A stretch of DNA of 25,093 nt from a bacterium. GTDB lineage: Bacteria; Bdellovibrionota_C; UBA2361; RFPC01. Under the pieces are notes generated by a model. That model saw nothing but the letters and a program-made list of their open reading frames with translations, was not told the origin of the DNA and did not search any database. The stretch is taken from NCBI GenBank assembly GCA_030428205.1, contig JAUIBK010000048.1:1-25093 (forward strand). Direction: 5' to 3'. Positions 16,834 to 24,357 of the stretch are shown here, piece by piece. Each line of letters begins with the position of its first letter. The first letter of the stretch is position 1. The position numbers and the translations under genes were made by a program.

Positions 16834-16887
16834 GAGAGCAGGGAAGATAGCCTGGGCAGGCTGTCAAAAGCAACGAGAGCGCCTTTA

Positions 16888-16916
16888 TTGCCCTTTGGAG
16901 TAGGTTTTGATATAAT
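16888..16916 (+). promoter_or_regulatory. Sigma70-like promoter (TTGCCC, 17-nt spacer, TATAAT) for the bS22-like ORF
   Basis: The -35 is at 16888-16893 and the -10 TATAAT at 16911-16916, about 40 nt upstream of the ATG at 16955. Confidence 0.4.
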
Positions 16917-16954
16917 CTTATTTTACGTTAACGTATTGTATTTACGGATTTTTC

Positions 16955-17044
16955 ATGGCCAACGATCTCAAAAAGCGCCGCAAAAAGATGCGAAAGCATA
17001 AACACCGCAAGCGGCTTGCGAAAAATAGACACCGCAGGAAGTAG
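16955..17044 (+). CDS. 29-aa highly basic protein resembling ribosomal protein bS22; absent from the ORF track
   Basis: MANDLKKRRKKMRKHKHRKRLAKNRHRRK matches the bS22 pattern (..KKRRKRMxKKKHRKLLxxTRxQRRK). It has its own promoter and a strong downstream terminator. Confidence 0.65.
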   Translation: MANDLKKRRKKMRKHKHRKRLAKNRHRRK

Positions 17045-17152
17045 AGTTTTCTCGCTGAGATAGCTATCAGGCGTTAACGCCTCTTGTACACTGTCATCCG
17101 TGGTGACGCTCACCGTTTGTCGGAATAGCAGTCATTAGGAACACGTTAAGAT

Positions 17153-17210
17153 AAAGGGCAATTGCTGGAACCATAATATGGTATGTTCCCAGCAATTGCC
17201 CTTTTGTATT
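17153..17210. terminator. Rho-independent terminator: a 16-bp perfect stem (aaagggcaattgctgg / ccagcaattgcccttt) followed by TTTTGTATT. A second hairpin lies at 17237-17262. Together they lie between the convergent bS22 and GH5 genes and probably act in both directions
   Basis: A perfect stem with a U-tract follows the bS22 stop. A 9-bp stem (gagcgtgcg/cgcacgctc) lies directly after the GH5 stop on the minus strand. Confidence 0.55.
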
Positions 17211-17270
17211 GAGCGTAGCCCTTTAATGGGCTGAGCGAGCGTGCGACGCCTGCCGCACGCTCATCAAGAA

Positions 17271-18524
17271 TTACTCTTCAGCAAGGTTATACTGAAGGTA
17301 CTCGTGAATAACTTCTCCTCTGTCATTGAGAGTTGGAAGATCTACTGCGGTATCTCCTTCACTTGGTCCAACTCGTGGATCCCAGACAGATGATTCAAAC
17401 ATAGCGTGATTCATCCAAAGTTTGATATCAACCTGGGGAGCATTCAACTGCCAGTTTCTCTTTTTCAGGCACTTCTTTTTCTTTGCTTTTCCTTGCGTTT
17501 TGCCAATCTTTTTACATTTCTTCTTTTTGACCACTTGGACATTTGAACCACGTCCTGCCTCGTCATTTTCGTTTTCGAATGAGCTAAAAAGTCTCTCGAG
17601 GAAGACATCAGCATCTTGTGCAAAGCGCGAAACAGCAAATTCCGTAATGCAAACGGGAAGGAGTTGAGATTGAAGTTCTTTGTCAACTTTCTTCTGCTGT
17701 TTGTGCTGGAAAGTCCCAAGGGGTTTCCATAATTTTGTTTTCAACTTTTTGTTTGATGGTGCAGGAATGTTAGTTCCAACTCCGTCAATACCACTATGTT
17801 GATAGTCGAGAAAAGGGTATGCGTTTGCACCTAAGCAGACATTTCCATCATCAGCGAGTGAGCTTGGAAGATTCTTTAAGAGATTGACGTTTGCACCGGC
17901 TGCAGGAACAATAATGAGCTTGCTTGGCTCATGCTCGCGAATAGCAGCAACAGCAAGTGGGGCAAGTTCTTCCCATGTTTGTAGCCCGACAGCAAGGTCA
18001 TTTAACTGAGGCTCATTTTTAAGGTTATAGCCATAGATACAAGAGTTGTATTCACTGTCGCTAAAACGCTCAGCAATTTCACCCCAAAAATCAACGAATT
18101 CAGTTTGTGCAAGCTGAAGTGTCGCGAGTTTTTCATTTGGTAGTTGTCCGCCTTCACCTCGGTTAGCAAAACCTCCGAGAGTGGAGTAGAGGTTGAAGAT
18201 GACCTTGAGTCCTTGTGGGCAGAGCTCAGCGAGTTTGTTCTCGAATTCTTGAAGCTCAGTTTCCATCATGGCTCGGTATTCTTGAACGGTAGTGACATCA
18301 TCTTGCTCAGCATCGTTTCCAATCTGAGTAATAATCACATTTGCATGCCAGTGATTTGCAATATCGTTGCTGTTTTGTGCCATGTAATCGGCACGATCTG
18401 AGGTGACTTCAGCGATAGGAACGTTGAAACCACGATAGTCTGGACTGGGAAGTTGCGCGACGGCAAGATTCGTTACGGAGAGGAAAGTGAGAAAGGTTAA
18501 GACCTTTCCAAGAAGTCGGATCAT
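17271..18524 (-). CDS. Secreted glycoside hydrolase family 5 (cellulase-superfamily) protein with a Lys/Cys-rich insertion
   Basis: The signal peptide is MIRLLGKVLTFLTFLSVTNLAVAQ. I chose the ATG at 18524, which is preceded by AAAGGGTGG. The GH5 acid/base motif reads IYGYNLKNEP and the nucleophile motif VCITEFAV. Near the C-terminus there is an insertion VVKKKKCKKIGKTQGKAKKKKCLKKRNWQ, plus a second K-rich patch SNKKLKTKLWKPLGTFQHKQQKKVDKE. Confidence 0.7.
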   Translation of the reverse strand: MIRLLGKVLTFLTFLSVTNLAVAQLPSPDYRGFNVPIAEVTSDRADYMAQNSNDIANHWHANVIITQIGNDAEQDDVTTVQEYRAMMETELQEFENKLAELCPQGLKVIFNLYSTLGGFANRGEGGQLPNEKLATLQLAQTEFVDFWGEIAERFSDSEYNSCIYGYNLKNEPQLNDLAVGLQTWEELAPLAVAAIREHEPSKLIIVPAAGANVNLLKNLPSSLADDGNVCLGANAYPFLDYQHSGIDGVGTNIPAPSNKKLKTKLWKPLGTFQHKQQKKVDKELQSQLLPVCITEFAVSRFAQDADVFLERLFSSFENENDEAGRGSNVQVVKKKKCKKIGKTQGKAKKKKCLKKRNWQLNAPQVDIKLWMNHAMFESSVWDPRVGPSEGDTAVDLPTLNDRGEVIHEYLQYNLAEE

Positions 18525-18847
18525 GAATACCACCCTTTGATTGTTAGACGTAGAAATACTGCACACACGCGGGTACCTGTATGGTAACCGCTAGTATTCG
18601 ATGTCGGAAGATATCTTGGGAGGCTTAAGAGTGTGAGGCAGATCTTCGATAGGAAATTTACGTACTTTTCATAATTATATCCTCAAACATGGTTTGCGCA
18701 TGGTGAGAGTTGAAGTAGAGCCCCGTTTTAAGTTTAGCCCTTGTCTTAGCAAAATCCTCCGCCTCCGCCTCCTCTTATTTTCCAAGAAACTTTTCTCTCA
18801 AATCCTCGATACACCTTACGAAACAACAAAATCTCAAAGGAGAGTAA

Positions 18848-19191
18848 TATGTTTGGTCACGAAGACTTTAAACCTTACCAACTCAGCATAGAGTTTCTTT
18901 CAACTGCAATGGGAATGCTGGACAGATTCCCAAAAGGAACTAGCCATTTAAAAGACCAGCTGAAAAGAGCGGCAACATCAATACCACTCAATATTGCAGA
19001 GGGGCAGGGAAGATAACGAATGCTGATAAGTTACGGTTCTACTCGATTGCGCGAGGATCGGCTATGGAATGTGCGGCGATTTGTGATGTTATTGCTCTTG
19101 TGGAGCCTAAGTTGAAGGCGAAGAGTCAGAAAGGGAAAGAGGACCTTGAGGAGATTACAAGGATTTTGAGTTCAGTGTGCTTTAAGAAGTA
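18848..19191 (+). pseudogene. Disrupted four-helix-bundle protein gene (23S rRNA intervening-sequence protein family). It has an in-frame TAA at 19013-19015 and then continues in the -1 frame from 19018
   Basis: Segment 1 is MFGHEDFKPYQLSIEFLSTAMGMLDRFPKGTSHLKDQLKRAATSIPLNIAEGQGR*. Segment 2 is NADKLRFYSIARGSAMECAAICDVIALVEPKLKAKSQKGKEDLEEITRILSSVCFKK*. Together they align with the family consensus (...[39 protein letters not shown]...). The strong SD AAAGGAGAG precedes the ATG. Confidence 0.6.
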
Positions 19192-19275
19192 GGCGGGGGC
19201 TGATGCCAAGAAAAAGGCCAAAGCCAAGATATAGGCCAAGGCGGAGGTGGAGAAAAAGAGTTTCACCTGAGTGCA

Positions 19276-20304
19276 TTAACACTTCCTCAACAACCCGGCC
19301 CCCCAAGTAAACCCACTTCCAAAAGCACAACTCAAAACAAACGAGTCTTTCTCAAGAGATTGTTCTTCCACAAGATGACTCATCCCAATAGGAATGGTTG
19401 CTGCGGTGGTGTTTCCGTATTTCTCGATCGTATTCCAAACTTTTTCAGGGGCGATCTTGAGTTGTTTTCCTACCATCTGGTTAATACGCAAATTAGCTTG
19501 GTGGGGGACAACATAGGCCACATCATTGGCGGAGAGTCCGTGTTTGGTAAGAAGTGAAAGAGAGACTTCCGCCATCCGTTTAACGGCGTGTTCAAAGACT
19601 TTTCGTCCATTCATCTGTGGAAAAATTCGCCCCTCTGCAACCATCTCGGCATCTACTCGAACAGGCCAGTGGGCGCTTCCAACGTTTTCACACCACAGTT
19701 CTTTGACAAACTCACCGTCCGAATGAAGTTCGGAGTCTATGACCGTGAACGAGTCTGTATAATTTAGTGATTCTTCAGTCTGTGCTTCTACAATGCAGCT
19801 TCCTGCGCCATCACCAAAGAGCACTGCGATATCACGACCACGAGTTGAGACATCGAGTCCAGTTGAATGGACTTCGGCTCCGACAAGCAGGATCCGAGAA
19901 TAGGTTCCTGCTCGAATAAACGCATCAGCCATCTCAAGACCGTAGAGAAAACCGCTACACTGGTTGCGGAGATCAAAGGCGGGTACGTGGGGTAAGCCAA
20001 GCTTATGTTGGAGCTGTACCCCAATTCCAGGAAAGTTGTAGTCAGGCGAGAGGGTGGCAGCAATAATGGCATCAACAGGTTTATTCTCGCACAGCTGAAG
20101 AGTTTGTCTTGCAGCTTGAACACCAAGGTCGCTTGTCGTCATGGGTGCTTCTACCCAGCGGCGCTCTTTGATTCCGGCGCGCTGAGTAATCCATTCATCG
20201 CTTGTGTCCATCCGCTGAGAGAGATCGTCGTTGGTAACTATCTTTTCTGGCAGGTGTCGGGAAAAGGAATGTGCGCAGCTAAACTGAGAATCTGATTTGG
20301 CCAT
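19276..20304 (-). CDS. fabH: 3-oxoacyl-ACP synthase III (KAS III, FabH)
   Basis: The catalytic triad context is Cys (NQCSGFLYGL), His (VPHQANLRI) and Asn (GNTTAATIPI). The N-terminus reads LPEKIVTNDDL and the C-terminus GSGFTWGAGLL. It stands alone, with no plsX, fabD, fabG or acpP neighbours in this window. Confidence 0.85.
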   Translation of the reverse strand: MAKSDSQFSCAHSFSRHLPEKIVTNDDLSQRMDTSDEWITQRAGIKERRWVEAPMTTSDLGVQAARQTLQLCENKPVDAIIAATLSPDYNFPGIGVQLQHKLGLPHVPAFDLRNQCSGFLYGLEMADAFIRAGTYSRILLVGAEVHSTGLDVSTRGRDIAVLFGDGAGSCIVEAQTEESLNYTDSFTVIDSELHSDGEFVKELWCENVGSAHWPVRVDAEMVAEGRIFPQMNGRKVFEHAVKRMAEVSLSLLTKHGLSANDVAYVVPHQANLRINQMVGKQLKIAPEKVWNTIEKYGNTTAATIPIGMSHLVEEQSLEKDSFVLSCAFGSGFTWGAGLLRKC

Positions 20305-20346
20305 AATGCGTAGCTTACCAGAGATCGTTCGCCGATGTCTCGCTTT

Positions 20347-21891
20347 TTAGCGCACTCGTGGACCATCTTCTGGTGTACTCGCGTGAGCGTATTGTGTGCC
20401 ACTTTGAGGTCTCAGAGGAGCAGAATCACCAGAGAGCATCATGAGTGCCAGAGTATTCGCTCGCATTCCAACTTGACCAGCCCATTTACTCTCGAGCATC
20501 TCGTCTCGTGCTACACTGTAATCTCCACGCTCAAGAGCGGCGTGAAAGTTCTTAAAAGTGTTTAGCCCCCGTTCACCCATATTAAAGCTCATATCGAGCA
20601 GAGTGAGTCTCTGCTGTTCGTCGAGCATGTGGTACCACAACTTTCCACCGTGTTGGTTATTGAGGCTGGCTACTGATCGAGCAATATCAGCTCGAAACCA
20701 ACGATCAATTTCATCAGATGTAGCCACCGCGCCCTGTTCTACAAACCGCTTATACTCAGCAGAACCTTTCACATTTGAAAGATTGTGCCCAATACCAATT
20801 GTTGGGTGTCCTGCTGTGCAGTAGTACATCTCTGTTTTGTATCCTTCATGGATCCTCAATTGCGCTTTGGCTTTCTCTATGGGAAAGGTAATTTTTTCTT
20901 CACGGAGTTCTCTTAGGAGTTCTTGAGGTGGAAGTACGATATGTTCACCAGTGTTTGCCTTTCCTGGATTAAATCCTTCTTGTAACTCTCTGTTGATAGC
21001 CACTACTTGGAGCACTTCTCCCCTTGAAGCATAGTGGTTGGAAACAAATGAGTAAAATGATTCACCTGCCGGAAGCTTTGCTCCAGGTAGTCTTTGTGCA
21101 AATGGATGGAGAAGAGCTTGTTGCTGCTCGGGAGAACCAGGAAGGATAATGGTATCTCCAATTTGAAGGAGATCTTTGTTAAATCCTTCGCGTCCCTGAT
21201 TGAGCCTTACTATTTCAGGCATTCGCTTAACGTCACCAAGTTCTCTAAGAGCAATAGCTGTCAGCGTGTCTCCCGCCTTTACCGTGTAATCATAGCTCTC
21301 GTAGGTCGGAAGGGGAGCTTGTTCAGGTGTAAATGGAGTAGGGGGAGCAAGTTTGGGAAGGTATATCGGTTGCCCAGGCGAGATTTTATTGGGGTTAAAC
21401 TCGGGATTAATCTCTTTGTTGAGCGCGATGATTTCTTTGAAATCTGTTGAACCGGCATGACGTAAAGCGATAGAGGAAAGTGTATCGCCCTCTGAAACGG
21501 CACGAACCTGTATGCCGTCTTCACTTCGTAATGCCGGAAGGAAGATAATTTGATCAACGTCAATCTGATCAGGATTAAATCCAGGCGTAAGGGCTTTATT
21601 TAGTGCAACAACGTCGTTAAGCGTAAACGGCTGCTCGAGTTCTCGTTTTGCAATAGAAGTAAGATTCTCACCTTTCTTAACGGAGTACGTTGTAAAGCAA
21701 CTATCATCGAGACAGAGGCTTTCTCCGGCCTGCTCAAGGTTACTCATGAGATCGCTTTGTGAGCCGTTGGTGTGTTCTTGTAAGTCTTCTATGGACGGAG
21801 TAGAGGGGAGACCTGTGTTAGGGCCATTTCCACTAGACTGTGGAGTGACGCCTTCTGCAACGGAAGGCATGACTTCTTCTTTAAGCAACAC
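20347..21891 (-). CDS. Peptidoglycan hydrolase made of four tandem LysM domains and a C-terminal GH24 (T4/lambda-type) lysozyme domain. The N-terminus is low-complexity and has no signal peptide
   Basis: There are four repeats of about 55 aa with the LysM pattern (Y.V..GD/ENL..IA.....LN....P..I..GQ.I.LP). The C-terminus reads LRIHEGYKTEMYYCTAGHPTIGIGHNL...LLDMSFNMGERGLNTFKNFHAALERGDYS...SKWAGQVGMRANTLALMM. This matches the T4 lysozyme catalytic core (E, then D/T, then TIGIGH) and the C-lobe. The start is either the GTG at 21891 or the ATG at 21870. Confidence 0.8.
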   Translation of the reverse strand: MLLKEEVMPSVAEGVTPQSSGNGPNTGLPSTPSIEDLQEHTNGSQSDLMSNLEQAGESLCLDDSCFTTYSVKKGENLTSIAKRELEQPFTLNDVVALNKALTPGFNPDQIDVDQIIFLPALRSEDGIQVRAVSEGDTLSSIALRHAGSTDFKEIIALNKEINPEFNPNKISPGQPIYLPKLAPPTPFTPEQAPLPTYESYDYTVKAGDTLTAIALRELGDVKRMPEIVRLNQGREGFNKDLLQIGDTIILPGSPEQQQALLHPFAQRLPGAKLPAGESFYSFVSNHYASRGEVLQVVAINRELQEGFNPGKANTGEHIVLPPQELLRELREEKITFPIEKAKAQLRIHEGYKTEMYYCTAGHPTIGIGHNLSNVKGSAEYKRFVEQGAVATSDEIDRWFRADIARSVASLNNQHGGKLWYHMLDEQQRLTLLDMSFNMGERGLNTFKNFHAALERGDYSVARDEMLESKWAGQVGMRANTLALMMLSGDSAPLRPQSGTQYAHASTPEDGPRVR

Positions 21892-22094
21892 GCTAAACCT
21901 CTAACTATCTATAACCCTTAAATATGTTATGGGGCCTTTGTGAGAGAGGTGTGATAGTTCGATTTTGGGTGGTTGAGCTGAGGAAATGCTTTTTTAACCG
22001 CGAAGACGCAAAGGCGCTAAGAAACTCATACAAAGGTCCTTTGCGACTTAGCGTCTTTGCGGTTTAAACCAATTTCATCAATTGAAATATGTAG

Positions 22095-22790
22095 TTACGA
22101 CAAGTACTGTTGCTCAGACTGCACCTGCTCAAGCTCAGCAATCCCCTCAAGAATTTCTATCACTCCTCCAGCAATACGCTGAATCTCAAAGAAGTGCTCT
22201 ATAATCTCGCCTGAGAGCTTCTCAGAGGGCTTAAGAGCAAGTGTATGAGCACCGAGCTGTTCTGCTGCCATAAGTGCTTCATCTGAGCTCTCAATGACAA
22301 CGGTATCCTCAGGGGGTATTCCCATTTTCTCAATCGCACGGAGATAGAGCTCAGGGTGGGGAAGAGGTTCAATCACATCTTCTCTACAGTATGAGGTTGA
22401 AAAGAAGTGGGTCAGTTGGCTTTTGAGCAGCATCACGCCGACTTCATCGCGGTCAAACTGTGAGCACACCGACATCTTCATATCGCATGCTAAGAGCTTG
22501 AGCATCATCTGGTAGGTTGGAACATCCACGGCACACTTCTTTGAGAGAAGGTTGTGGAAATAGATGTGAGTGAGTTGAGAGATCTTCTCTTGCCATTTTC
22601 TGGGAACATTTTTGTACCAAAAGAGAAACTCCAATTTCTTCTCTGGTGCAAGCCCATCAAAGAGCATCTCATGCTCTCCTTCAGTAACTTCAATTTGGAA
22701 TTCTGCGAGTGCCTGATCTACTGCCATACGATGCCACTCACGTGCATCAACAAGGACTCCCTCGAGCCCAAAGATCGCGCCTTGGATCAT
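22095..22790 (-). CDS. HAD-superfamily (subfamily IA-like) protein in which the catalytic motif I is degenerate; a probable pseudo-enzyme
   Basis: The start is ATG 22790 (MIQGAIFGLEGVLVDA...), preceded by GGAGGG. Motif I reads FGLEGVLVD instead of FDxDGTLxD, so the nucleophile Asp is replaced by Gly and the second Asp by Glu. Motif IV is retained as VIESSDEALMAAEQLGA. Confidence 0.6.
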   Translation of the reverse strand: MIQGAIFGLEGVLVDAREWHRMAVDQALAEFQIEVTEGEHEMLFDGLAPEKKLEFLFWYKNVPRKWQEKISQLTHIYFHNLLSKKCAVDVPTYQMMLKLLACDMKMSVCSQFDRDEVGVMLLKSQLTHFFSTSYCREDVIEPLPHPELYLRAIEKMGIPPEDTVVIESSDEALMAAEQLGAHTLALKPSEKLSGEIIEHFFEIQRIAGGVIEILEGIAELEQVQSEQQYLS

Positions 22791-22903
22791 AGTATACCCT
22801 CCGTGGTATGTCGTTCGCTGAGCGTTCATGCTAAGCGCTGCTACTTCCTCTTACAGAGGTCATCGGCAGGGAGAGGGTAGGAACTTTACCTAGAAATGGA
22901 GAT

Positions 22904-23725
22904 TTAGCTGATTGACTCGAAACCCTCGCCGCTAAGGCTTCCAGTCTCCATACTACCACCTGATGATGGTGAGCCTCCTTTTTCGCCTTCGTCGCTAGAA
23001 GAAGACGCGATGTCCTCAAGTCCACCGAGGCTGGTGGCTTCGTCGACAGCAACTACTCCTCCGGTACTTTTGTCGTCGACTGTAGGGGGAATGACGATTG
23101 CGTTTTTAAAGGAAACTGGTGAGATTTTAACAGATTCGATATCTCCAGCAAATGTCCAGGAGCATAAAAAATGCTTTGAAGATGCACCTCCACTGCTGAG
23201 AAGGAACTGCTTGGCTTCTTCACCACAGTGAGCTTTAAATGCGTTGTTCCAGTTATTTTGACAGTCTACGGTTGTTGCAGCTGTTACTTCAGACTCAATG
23301 TCAAAAACTGGATTGCCTACAGGATCGCTCCCATCTAATTGAAAAAGTGCAGCTGCAATGCAGAGAGTATTCTCAGATGCTGGTGCGTTCGCGTGAAACT
23401 TGAGCAAGAGACTATCAAGGCTTGATTGGATATATCCCGCGTCATGAAATCGGATCTGACCGCCGTTATTGACAGAGAGAACCTGAGTTCCTGTCGATGT
23501 TTCTGGGGCTAGTCCAGTTGAGTGGAGGGTTCGAAGCGCAAGAGAACGTTGCTCTACACCATCTCCAAGTAGAGCATCGAGATCTAAGGCAAAAAACCCT
23601 GAGATTGATGCTACAAGAATTCCTAAGGTTAATGCTAATTCAAGCAGTGCTCCTCCACTCTCCTGATCCCAATACTTATTCCACATGACCTGTTCCACAT
23701 ACATTAAAATGAGTGTGTTATACAC
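22904..23725 (-). CDS. Hypothetical membrane-anchored or secreted protein with an acidic Ser/Gly-rich C-terminal tail
   Basis: The N-terminal hydrophobic helix reads ALLELALTLGILVASISGFFAL. The C-terminus reads SSSSDEGEKGGSPSSGGSMETGSLSGEGFESIS. I recognise no domain. The start is ambiguous, with ATGs at 23704 and 23686. Confidence 0.4.
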   Translation of the reverse strand: MYNTLILMYVEQVMWNKYWDQESGGALLELALTLGILVASISGFFALDLDALLGDGVEQRSLALRTLHSTGLAPETSTGTQVLSVNNGGQIRFHDAGYIQSSLDSLLLKFHANAPASENTLCIAAALFQLDGSDPVGNPVFDIESEVTAATTVDCQNNWNNAFKAHCGEEAKQFLLSSGGASSKHFLCSWTFAGDIESVKISPVSFKNAIVIPPTVDDKSTGGVVAVDEATSLGGLEDIASSSSDEGEKGGSPSSGGSMETGSLSGEGFESIS

Positions 23726-23783
23726 TTACAACCTAGTGATGTTATGAATCAATAAGTGTTTCGGGTGACTTATGAAAAAGCGC

Positions 23784-24293
23784 CTAAAAATCAGGTAGAT
23801 AATGCCCCTCGTTGAAACTACTAGCCGTGTCTACCTGAGTTGGACGAACTGGTCGTCGATTCTGAGAATTAGCACCGCTTGGCCTAGATGTATCAGTAAA
23901 TGTGAACTGGGTCTCTTGGTCGTCGACCGAAGAAAACGTATATGTCGTGCTTCCAACCTTAATCGTGTCGGGTTCATCTCCAAAGTTAGAGACAAGGTTT
24001 TTATACTCCAACCACTGACGGACAAGGGCTATTACAGCGGTTTTTGACTTATTCATTTCATATCTTGTCGTAGAGTCCAAAGCCTCTAGGCCCACAACTT
24101 TTTGTGTCGAGTCCTCGCTCGTTACAAGTGTTCCCTGGACTTTAAATGGTTGGCTACCGCCTACTTTTTGAACGTCTATATTGTTCGCGCTGAGACGATG
24201 AACTGGTAGGTCGTGGCGTTTTTCTGCGTTTGATACGACAGGTACCAAGAGGAGAGTGGCTGAGAGAGTGAAGCAAAAAGAAAGAGTTTTCAT
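23784..24293 (-). CDS. Hypothetical secreted protein
   Basis: The signal peptide is MKTLSFCFTLSATLLLVPVVSNA, using the ATG at 24293. The track ORF starts at 24335. I recognise no domain. Confidence 0.45.
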   Translation of the reverse strand: MKTLSFCFTLSATLLLVPVVSNAEKRHDLPVHRLSANNIDVQKVGGSQPFKVQGTLVTSEDSTQKVVGLEALDSTTRYEMNKSKTAVIALVRQWLEYKNLVSNFGDEPDTIKVGSTTYTFSSVDDQETQFTFTDTSRPSGANSQNRRPVRPTQVDTASSFNEGHYLPDF

Positions 24294-24357
24294 AGTATCA
24301 CCGATAAAATTTATGTTTCGAGTTTGAGTTTTCATTCTGATGTATTCCTATCAAAGT

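Noticed and set aside
16732-17001. 89-aa plus-strand ORF spanning the glycosyltransferase start and the bS22 region
   Set aside because: It crosses a divergent promoter region and is out of frame with the convincing 29-aa bS22-like ORF.
18756-18774. cctccgcctccgcctcctc short tandem repeat
   Set aside because: There are only about three units of a 6-mer and no spacer/repeat periodicity. It is not a CRISPR array. It is probably just a pyrimidine-rich promoter-proximal tract.
18694-18891. 65-aa plus-strand ORF upstream of the four-helix-bundle gene
   Set aside because: It overlaps the SD and start of the better-supported gene and includes the CCTCCG repeat tract. It has no homology features.
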